From assembly GCA_046331705.1 (NCBI GenBank), contig JAXLQJ010000067.1:1-37985 (forward strand): a stretch of DNA of 37,985 nt. Reading direction: 5' to 3'. Made by a program: the position numbers and the translations under genes. The stretch comes from a bacterium (GTDB lineage: Bacteria; JADJOY01). Of this stretch, positions 9,658 to 17,183 are shown in pieces (the first letter of the stretch is position 1; each line of letters begins with the position of its first letter). Below the pieces are notes generated by a model that was not told the DNA's origin, made no database searches, and saw nothing but the letters and a program-made list of their open reading frames with translations.

Positions 9658-11130
9658 TCAGGCTTCGGGCATCGGCTCGCCGCCGCGCAGATCTTCGATC
9701 CTGAGCGGCCAGCTCGAAGCGGGCTCGGACGCCGTGCTGCCGACCACGCTCAAGGCCGGCGGCTCGTCGCACAGCTGCGCCGCGTCGCTCGCGGCGGCCG
9801 CGAGCTCGTTGCCGGCGCGCATCCACTTGTCTTCGTACTTCACCGTGCAATCGGTCTGCAGCGGTTGCGGGTAGTGGAAGGCGCGACCCTCGAAGTTGCG
9901 CATCAACGCCTTGGACTGGGTCAACGCGTTCAAGTAGTTGGGCGCGACGGGCGCCTTCCCACCACCGCCCGGCAGATCGACGACGAACGTGGGCACGGCG
10001 AAGCCGCTGGTCCAGCCGCGCAGCGACTCCATGATCTCGATGCCGGTCTCGACTGGCGTCCGGAAGTGCTCCAGCCCTTCCTCGTTGTCGCATTGGAAGA
10101 GGTAGTAGGGCCGGATGCGGTTTCGCACCAGCTTGTGCATCAGCTCCTTCACCACCCGCGGGCTCGAGTTGACGCCGCGGAGCAGCACCGTCTGATTGCC
10201 GAGCGGGATCCCGGCGTTGACGATGCGCGCGCAGGCCGCCTGGCTCTCGGAGCTCAGCTCCTTGGGATGGTTGAAGTGCGTGTTGATCCAGATGGGATGG
10301 TACTTGGCCAGCATCCGCACCAGATCGTCGGTGATGCGCATCGGCAAGAACATCGGCATCTTGGTGCCGAACCGGATGATCTCGATCGACGGGATCTCGC
10401 GCAGGTGAGAGACCACGTACTCCAGGTTCTTGTCCGACATGGTGAACGGGTCGCCGCCCGAGATCAGCACGTCGCGCACTTCCGGGTGCTTGCGCAGATA
10501 AGCGAGCGTCTGCTCGATCTGCTGCTTGGGCAGGACCTCGTTCGGCAGCCCGGTGAGGCGCTTGCGCGTGCAGAACCGGCAGTAGCTCGCGCACATGTTG
10601 TTGACGAGGAAGAGCACGCGGTCCGGATAGCGGTGCACGAGCCCAGGCGCCACCCGATGGGCGTCCTCGCCGAGGGAGTCCGTCATGCCCGAGCCGAGCC
10701 CGGACATCTCGGCACCCCGCGGCACGAACTGCATGCGCACCGGGCAATGCGGATCGTACGGGTCCATCAGTGCGCAGAGATAAGGCGTGATGGACATCTG
10801 GAACTCGCGCTGGGTGGAGAGGACCCCGTCACGCTCCTCGGGCGTGAGGTGAATGACCTGCTCCAACGCCTCGAGAGACTGAACGCAGTTCTGAAGCTGC
10901 CACCGCCAGTCCGCCCATTTCTCGGCGGGAACGTCCTTCCACAGATCGATCGCAGTGTGGGGTCGGCCGTGGCGGCACAAGTGAGGGTCGGCGTCGAGCT
11001 CCGCCGACCGTTCTCCCCTGGGGCTGACGGATGCCACCGGAGCGACCTTCGCTGCTCGAAGCGACGTGTCGCGCGACGCGATCTTGAGTCGGGGCCGCCG
11101 GCTACGAAGCCCCCTGGCTGGTTCGAGCAT
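9658..11130 (-). CDS. kamA: KamA-family radical SAM/PLP lysine 2,3-aminomutase-like protein
   Basis: HRYPDRVL, CASYCRFCTRKR, LISGGDP, NTHFNHP, RPYYLFQCD and the PLP-lysine motif DLPGGGGK. ATG 11130 is preceded by GAGGAGG. Confidence 0.9.
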   Translation of the reverse strand: MLEPARGLRSRRPRLKIASRDTSLRAAKVAPVASVSPRGERSAELDADPHLCRHGRPHTAIDLWKDVPAEKWADWRWQLQNCVQSLEALEQVIHLTPEERDGVLSTQREFQMSITPYLCALMDPYDPHCPVRMQFVPRGAEMSGLGSGMTDSLGEDAHRVAPGLVHRYPDRVLFLVNNMCASYCRFCTRKRLTGLPNEVLPKQQIEQTLAYLRKHPEVRDVLISGGDPFTMSDKNLEYVVSHLREIPSIEIIRFGTKMPMFLPMRITDDLVRMLAKYHPIWINTHFNHPKELSSESQAACARIVNAGIPLGNQTVLLRGVNSSPRVVKELMHKLVRNRIRPYYLFQCDNEEGLEHFRTPVETGIEIMESLRGWTSGFAVPTFVVDLPGGGGKAPVAPNYLNALTQSKALMRNFEGRAFHYPQPLQTDCTVKYEDKWMRAGNELAAAASDAAQLCDEPPALSVVGSTASEPASSWPLRIEDLRGGEPMPEA

Positions 11131-11306
11131 TGCTTCGGTGTCCTCCTCGGCGGTCTGGGTGACGTCGTTGCGACCGCGGGACCGATGTGCGCGCATGATA
11201 GGGGTCGAGGCTTTCGCCCACAAAGCGTGTGGGCTCGACGCGTGAGATTCCTCGCTGAGCGGGGTGCGTCGTCGTGGCATTCGAGTCGTCGGAACGCGTC
11301 CTGGTT

Positions 11307-11337
11307 CTTATCGTGAATGGATTAACTTCATGATAAG
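11307..11337. promoter_or_regulatory. Palindromic operator overlapping the kamA -10 element
   Basis: CTTATCGTGAA-N9-TTCATGATAAG: 11-bp inverted repeat with 1 mismatch, AT-rich in a GC-rich genome. Confidence 0.65.
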
Positions 11338-11349
11338 GAAGCTCGTCAA
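11321..11349 (-). promoter_or_regulatory. Putative sigma70 promoter for kamA
   Basis: Minus strand TTGACG-17 bp-GTTAAT, within a locally AT-rich patch of the 345-bp intergenic gap. Confidence 0.55.
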
Positions 11350-11475
11350 TCGACACAAGCGTTTTGTTGCGATCTCGATTCGATCTCGTCGTTCGTCGCG
11401 ACGAGGCAACGTCGAACGGTGAAGGACGTGAAGCGCGCCCGCGTCGCGACGTCTCGGGCGTCGATCGCGGTCACC

Positions 11476-13491
11476 TCAAGCGACCCGGCGCCCTGCGCGG
11501 AAGCGCCGGATCGCGGGTGCGAGAATGCGACCGATCAGATCGCGATACTCGATCCCCGCGCTCGCGGCGATGAGGCAGAGGTCCGACCAGCCCGGTGAGA
11601 GCCCGGGCAGCGGATTGAGCTCGACGAAGTTCACGCGTCCCGCCGCATCGAGCCGCAGATCCACCCGCGCCACGTCGCGGCAGCCGAGCGCGTGGAACGC
11701 GGTCAACGCGGCCTTGGTGAGCTCGCGCAGGAGCGCCGGGTCCACCCGCGCGGGGGTGTCGTAGCGGATCTCCTTGCTCCAGTCCTGCTTGTGCTCGAAG
11801 GCGTAGACCGGCCGCTTCTTGCGCTTGTCCAGGAACACGATCTCCATCGGCGGCAGCGCGCGTGGATTGCGCTCGCCGAGCAGCCCCACGGTGAACTCCC
11901 GGCCCGGCAGGTAGCCCTCCACCAGCGCCGGTTGCTGGTAGCGCTCGATCATCTCGCGGGCGACGGCGCGCGCCTGCGCTTCGTTCTCGACCACGCTCTT
12001 CGGCACCACGCCCTTCGAGCTGCCCTCGGTCACCGGCTTCACGATCGCCGGGAAGCCGAGCTCGCGGGGGAAGCGCTCGCGGCCGGTGTGCGCGAGGAAC
12101 CACGCCGGCGTCGCGACCCCCGCGGCGGCCACCAGCCGCTTGGCGAGCTCCTTGTCGAGCGCCATCGCGAGCGCCGCGGGATCGGAGCCGGTGTAGGGGA
12201 TGCCGAGCAGCTCGAGCAGCGCCGGCACCTGCGACTCGCGATTTCGGCCCAGCACGCCTTCCGCCATGTTGAAGACCACGTCGGGCGCCGCCGCCACCAG
12301 GCGAGTGGGGAGCTGGGGCGTCGCCTCGAGGTCGATCACCTCGTGGCCGAGCGACGCGATCGCGTCGTGGATGGCGCCGATGGTCTTCGGCGAGTCGTAC
12401 TCGGCCTCGCTCTCGTCGACGCCTTCGATCGGCGTCGTGCGCTTCACGTTGAACGTGAATCCGACGCGCAGCGGCCGCTTGCGCGTCCGCGCCGCGCGTC
12501 GCGCGTGCGTCGGGATCCCGTAGCGTCGCGCGGTGCTGCGGACGATCGCATCGAGCACTCGCTCCGGCCCCTCGAGACCGCGCAGCGCGGCCGCGACGCA
12601 CAGCGTGGCGCTCGGCTCGAGCCCCGGCAGCGGATCGACCTCGATGACGAACGGGGTCTCGTCCTCGGCGATGCGGAAGTCCACCCTGCCGAAGTCGCGG
12701 ATGTCGAGACACTCGATCACGGCGCGGGTCGTGCCCACGAGCGCTCGCCGCAACGACGTCGAGAGCCGGGCGGGGGCCTCGATGGTCCACGCGGGCAGCT
12801 CGGCGCGCGCGGCGGTCGAGCCCCGCGAGCGCCGCGCGCGCGCCGCCGAACGGGGACTTCCCGCGGGCCTTTCGCGCGGCACGATCGCGATCGGATCGAG
12901 CACGCCGCCGGGAGCGGCGCCCGCCTCCAGCACGGGCACGACCACGTGCCGGCCGGGAACCACCTCCTCGATCCACACGCCTTGGCCGCGCGCGAGCTCG
13001 GCGGTCACGCGCTCCTCGAGCATCGCGTAGGAGTCGATTCGCTCGACCTCGCCGGGCGCGGCGTCGCTGCGCAGGGTCACGGGCATGCGGAAGGTGTTGG
13101 GCGCGGTGTGGGCGAGATCGTCACGGTCGACGATGCGTCGGCTGCGCAGCGTGCGGATGCCGTGCGCCGCGAGGTGGCGGCGCGTCAGCGCCGGGTTGAG
13201 CGTGAGCGCGTGGACGGCGGCGGCCGAGCCCGTGTGGTGGAGGCCGAGGTCGGCGAAGAGCGCGGGGTAGAAGGACTCGCGACCGCGTCCGCCACGAGCG
13301 CGCGCGGTGTTGAGCACCAGGTCGGGAGCGAGCTGCGTCAGCAGGCTCACGGTCGCGACCAGCGGTTCGGCGACGTCGACCAGCGTGACCTCGTGTCCCA
13401 GTCGCGTGAGCGCCGCGGCCATGTCGCGTGCCGCTGCGTGCGCCTCGTTCGCGTCGCCGAGATCCGAGAGGTACGTGAACGCGATCTTCAT
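11476..13491 (-). CDS. Tandem (two-domain) D-Ala-D-Ala ligase-like ATP-grasp protein
   Basis: ATG 13491 (MKIAFTY) after GGAGG. C-terminal unit has VFNMAEG, YTGS, VKPVTEGSSKGV, RVDLRLD and ELNPLPGL. N-terminal unit has the corresponding but degenerate LNTARA, HTGS, RVDFRI and EVDPLPGL. Confidence 0.88.
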   Translation of the reverse strand: MKIAFTYLSDLGDANEAHAAARDMAAALTRLGHEVTLVDVAEPLVATVSLLTQLAPDLVLNTARARGGRGRESFYPALFADLGLHHTGSAAAVHALTLNPALTRRHLAAHGIRTLRSRRIVDRDDLAHTAPNTFRMPVTLRSDAAPGEVERIDSYAMLEERVTAELARGQGVWIEEVVPGRHVVVPVLEAGAAPGGVLDPIAIVPRERPAGSPRSAARARRSRGSTAARAELPAWTIEAPARLSTSLRRALVGTTRAVIECLDIRDFGRVDFRIAEDETPFVIEVDPLPGLEPSATLCVAAALRGLEGPERVLDAIVRSTARRYGIPTHARRAARTRKRPLRVGFTFNVKRTTPIEGVDESEAEYDSPKTIGAIHDAIASLGHEVIDLEATPQLPTRLVAAAPDVVFNMAEGVLGRNRESQVPALLELLGIPYTGSDPAALAMALDKELAKRLVAAAGVATPAWFLAHTGRERFPRELGFPAIVKPVTEGSSKGVVPKSVVENEAQARAVAREMIERYQQPALVEGYLPGREFTVGLLGERNPRALPPMEIVFLDKRKKRPVYAFEHKQDWSKEIRYDTPARVDPALLRELTKAALTAFHALGCRDVARVDLRLDAAGRVNFVELNPLPGLSPGWSDLCLIAASAGIEYRDLIGRILAPAIRRFRAGRRVA

Positions 13492-13691
13492 CGACGAGGC
13501 CTCCGCGCGTGCGCTCTCGTCGCGAGAGCCGGGGCGCTCGCTGCAAATGCCATCGGCCGTCGCGCGCGTCAAGGATCTTCGCGGCCGCCAGCGGCGACTT
13601 GTTGCGGACGGCGTGGGCGTGGTATCCGACCGCGCCGGTCGCGGTCGCGCGCGTGTGCGCGGAACATGACTCGATCGGTCGGCCATCCCCC

Positions 13692-15413
13692 ATGCCCATC
13701 CCCGCCGCGGCCGACCCGGGCACCCGAGCGCCGCGGCGGCGCTGGCTCGCGCTCGCGCTGGTCGCCGCCAGCGTCTGCGCGGCGCGCGACGCCGGCGCCG
13801 CCACGCTGGTGGAGTGGGGCGACGGATCCTTCGCGATCGACGGCGCGTATCGATTCCGGCTGGCCTACGCGTCCGAGGTGCCGGCCTACGCGACGCCGCC
13901 CCAAGCCACGCTCCCGATCACCGAAGGGCTCGACGCGGGGCTCACCGGCGAGCACCGACTGCGCGTGGAGCCACGCCTCGAGCTCTTCGGCCAGCTGAGC
14001 GTGCACGCGCAGATCGACGTGCTGGACGGCGTGCTCTTCAGCGACACGGGTGATCGCTCGTTCCTCGCCTATTCGGATCAGCCGCCGCCGAACGAGCTGG
14101 GCGACAGCCTCGACAGCTTCCGCGTCAACCGCGCGTGGGCCGAGTGGCGATCCCCGGCGGGCACGCTGCGCTTCGGTCGCCAGCCCAGCCATTGGGGTCT
14201 CGGCATGGTCGCCAACGACGGCGACCGCGACGACGCGGCGTTCGGCGATTCCCACCTGGGCGACGCCTCCGACCGCGTGCTCTTCGGCACCAAGCCACTC
14301 TCCGTGATCGAGGCGTTGACGACCGGCACGCGTCCCGACGCGGCGAGCGACCCGCTCACGCTCGGCCTCGGCTACGATTTCGGCGTCGATCGCGGCGCCG
14401 TCGTCGAGCCCGGCGACGACGTCACGCAGTATCTGGCGGCGCTGCTGTGGGATGCCCGCGGCTCGACGGCGTTTCGCGAGCCGGTCGCCCATCGCGGCGC
14501 CGGCGGGCCGCGCGGCGCCGCCAGCCGCATCGGGTTCTACGCGGTCCGCCGCGAGCAGACCCACGACGACCGCCTCGTGAGCGGACCGGCACGTCCCGCG
14601 CGCGAGATCCTCGATGCCTGGGTTCTCGACACCAGCGGCCGCATCGTGGTGGCAGCGGATACCGCACGCGGATTCGAGCTCCGCGTCGAGTGGGAAGCCG
14701 CCTACGTGACGGGCAAGACCAACTTCACCGTGTCGCGGGTCGCCGCGACTCCGTCGGACCCGTTTCCGGTGAGCGACGCCGAGCAATGGGGCGGCATCGC
14801 GCGGCTGGTCGCCGAGTCGGAGTCGGTGGCGATCCGGCTCGAGGGCGGCGCGGCCTCGGGTGACGGCAACCGCTTCGACGACCGCGTCACGGATTTCCGA
14901 TTCCATCCCGACTACAACGTCGGCTTGATCCTCTTCGACGAGCTGTTGGCGACGGTGACCGCGGCCCAGGCGTTCAACGTGGTGGACCAGCTCGGCGAGG
15001 GCGGCCCCGTGGCGTTCCTCGGCGCGAACTACCTCGCCAGCGACGGCTCCGTCACCAACGCGCTCTACCTCAATCCGGTCGTGGAGGTGGATCCCGTGCC
15101 TGGCACCTCGCTGGTCGCGGGCCTGGTCTGGGCTCGCGCCCTCGAGCCGTGGGTCGACCCCTTCAACGACGCGTTCTTCGGGGGTGGTGCCGGCACGCTC
15201 AACTCGTTCGGCGGGGACGTCCGCTCGAAGGATCTCGGCGTCGAGGTGGACGTCGCGATCCACCAGGCGCTGCCGCTCGGCCTCGACGTGGTGCACGCCG
15301 AGGCCGCGCTCGAATACGGTCACCTCTTCAGCGGTGCCGCGTTCCGCGACGGGCAGGGCGCCGATCGGGTCGACATCGACGAGGTCCGGCTGCGTCTCGA
15401 TCTCGGCTGGTGA
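13692..15413 (+). CDS. Outer-membrane beta-barrel protein (TIGR04551-like myxobacterial/alginate-export-like)
   Basis: Signal peptide, motif VNRAWAEW...LRFGRQPSHWGLGMVANDG...DRVLF, and C-terminal beta-signal LRLDLGW. Confidence 0.7.
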   Translation: MPIPAAADPGTRAPRRRWLALALVAASVCAARDAGAATLVEWGDGSFAIDGAYRFRLAYASEVPAYATPPQATLPITEGLDAGLTGEHRLRVEPRLELFGQLSVHAQIDVLDGVLFSDTGDRSFLAYSDQPPPNELGDSLDSFRVNRAWAEWRSPAGTLRFGRQPSHWGLGMVANDGDRDDAAFGDSHLGDASDRVLFGTKPLSVIEALTTGTRPDAASDPLTLGLGYDFGVDRGAVVEPGDDVTQYLAALLWDARGSTAFREPVAHRGAGGPRGAASRIGFYAVRREQTHDDRLVSGPARPAREILDAWVLDTSGRIVVAADTARGFELRVEWEAAYVTGKTNFTVSRVAATPSDPFPVSDAEQWGGIARLVAESESVAIRLEGGAASGDGNRFDDRVTDFRFHPDYNVGLILFDELLATVTAAQAFNVVDQLGEGGPVAFLGANYLASDGSVTNALYLNPVVEVDPVPGTSLVAGLVWARALEPWVDPFNDAFFGGGAGTLNSFGGDVRSKDLGVEVDVAIHQALPLGLDVVHAEAALEYGHLFSGAAFRDGQGADRVDIDEVRLRLDLGW

Positions 15414-15419
15414 GCGCGA

Positions 15420-17183
15420 TCACGCGCTCAGCGCGCGGCGCTGGCCCCAGCGCAGGGTCGCGGTGCTGGAGACCTCGATGCGGTTCCGTCCCCGCTCCTT
15501 GGCGCGGTAGAGCGCGCGGTCGGCGGACGCCACCAACGGCGCGGGGTCGGCGCCGAGCGGCGGTCGCGCGGTCGCGATACCGAGGCTCAGCGAGAGCATC
15601 CCGTCCTCGGGCGACGGCCCGAGACGGATCCCCAGCGCGCCGACCGCCGCCTGCAACGCGGTGGCGACGTGCAGTGCCCCGGACGCGTCGGTGTCGGGAA
15701 GCACCACGGCGAATTCCTCGCCGCCGAAGCGGGCCACGACGTCCGCCGGCCGGTTGAGCGCGTGGCTGAGCGCGCTCGCGACCCGGCGCAGCGCTTCGTC
15801 GCCGGCGAGGTGCCCGAAGGCGTCGTTGAAACGCTTGAACCAATCGAGGTCGGTCATGATCAGCGAGATCGAGGCATCGACGCGACCGGCCCGGGCCCAC
15901 TCGCGTGCGAGCACCGTGTCGAAGCTGCGGCGATTGGGGATGCCCGTGAGGTCGTCGATCGCCGAGGCGTGCTCGGCGCGCTCCTTGTCGCGTCGGATCG
16001 CGCTCACCCGATCCGCCAATCCCACGGACAGCAACAGCGCGAACAGCAGCATGCCGCCGTCGAAGCCGAAGCGGGTGAGCCAGCTCGGCTCGATCCAGCC
16101 CAGGTTCTCCAATCCGAACAGAATGCCGCCGGCGAACGGCGCCGCCAGCCCGGCCAGGTAGAAACGCGCCGAGCGGTGATGGCGGCGCGCCGCTCCCGCG
16201 GCGCACGCCGTGAGCAGCGGGATGGCGCCGAAGGTGAGCAGCGTCGCGGCGCGGATTCCCACCCAATAGGGAACGATCATTGCCAGCGGCACCGTCGCGG
16301 CGGCGGCCAGCGTCACTCGTCCGAGGAAGCGATCGAGGCGCGGAAAGAGCTCGTGCGTGTCCAGGTAGTGCCGCGAGAACTGGATGAAGCACACCGCCGC
16401 GAGCGCCAGCAGCACCAGCAGCGAGTGGTTCTCCCACCACGGCCAGTTGGGCCAGAAATGCTGGTACGCGACGCCGTCCTCGACGAGGTCACCGGTGACG
16501 AGCGAGGCGATGGCGAGGAAGCTCCACCCGTAGGCCGGCTCGCGCAACGATGCGAAGAAGAGCAGGCTCTGGATGGCGAGCGCCACCAGCACGCCGCACA
16601 GGATGCCGAGCGCGTAGTTGTCGACCTGCTGATGGCGCCGGAACGCCTCGGCCGACCACAGCTCGAGCGGCACCACGACCGGACCCGCGCTGGCGACGCG
16701 CAGCAGCAGCACCGTGGTCTCCGGCCCACGAAGCGCGAGCCGGAACGCCGGGAAGCGATTGGCCACCTGTCGCACCGTGAACGGCTTGCGATCCCCGGCG
16801 GACGACACGGAGAAGCCGCCGTGCCCGTCGGGCACGTAGAGCTCGACCTCGTCGAGACCGCGGTAGGCGATCTCCAGGAACCACTCCGTGGGCGTGCCGA
16901 GCGCGGGCGCCAGCTCGATCCGTAGCCAGTATGCGGAGGAGCTGAAACCGTAGTTGAGGTCGGGAGTCTCCACGGCGCGGAACCGCGCCGCCATCGGCGC
17001 CGTGCTCACGTCCGCGATCGTCCAGCGGCGCGTGGCGTCCTCGGCGATCGAGACGTGCTCGGCGAGGCGCACGCGCTCGTGGCGCGGATCGATCGAGAGC
17101 GGAGTGGCGTGAGCGATCGCCGCCCCGACGAGCACGGCCGCGGCCACGATTGGCGCGGAGGCTCGCCAGCGGGCGACGGTCAT
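15420..17183 (-). CDS. 7TMR-DISM sensor diguanylate cyclase
   Basis: ATG 17183 overlaps the upstream stop (ATGA). Signal peptide, DISMED2-like domain (NYGFSSSAYWLR), about 7 TM helices, DDLTGIPNRR, DLDWFKRFND, I-site RPAD and RFGGEEF. Confidence 0.9.
   Translation of the reverse strand: MTVARWRASAPIVAAAVLVGAAIAHATPLSIDPRHERVRLAEHVSIAEDATRRWTIADVSTAPMAARFRAVETPDLNYGFSSSAYWLRIELAPALGTPTEWFLEIAYRGLDEVELYVPDGHGGFSVSSAGDRKPFTVRQVANRFPAFRLALRGPETTVLLLRVASAGPVVVPLELWSAEAFRRHQQVDNYALGILCGVLVALAIQSLLFFASLREPAYGWSFLAIASLVTGDLVEDGVAYQHFWPNWPWWENHSLLVLLALAAVCFIQFSRHYLDTHELFPRLDRFLGRVTLAAAATVPLAMIVPYWVGIRAATLLTFGAIPLLTACAAGAARRHHRSARFYLAGLAAPFAGGILFGLENLGWIEPSWLTRFGFDGGMLLFALLLSVGLADRVSAIRRDKERAEHASAIDDLTGIPNRRSFDTVLAREWARAGRVDASISLIMTDLDWFKRFNDAFGHLAGDEALRRVASALSHALNRPADVVARFGGEEFAVVLPDTDASGALHVATALQAAVGALGIRLGPSPEDGMLSLSLGIATARPPLGADPAPLVASADRALYRAKERGRNRIEVSSTATLRWGQRRALSA

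Noticed and set aside
9658-11130. Calling the KamA homologue EpmB (EF-P modification)
   Set aside because: It is longer than EpmB, has KamA-type motifs, and no efp or epmA lies nearby.
11476-13491. Calling the ATP-grasp gene housekeeping ddl or a van ligase
   Set aside because: Tandem architecture, no typical N-terminal GGxSxE motif, and no mur/van context.
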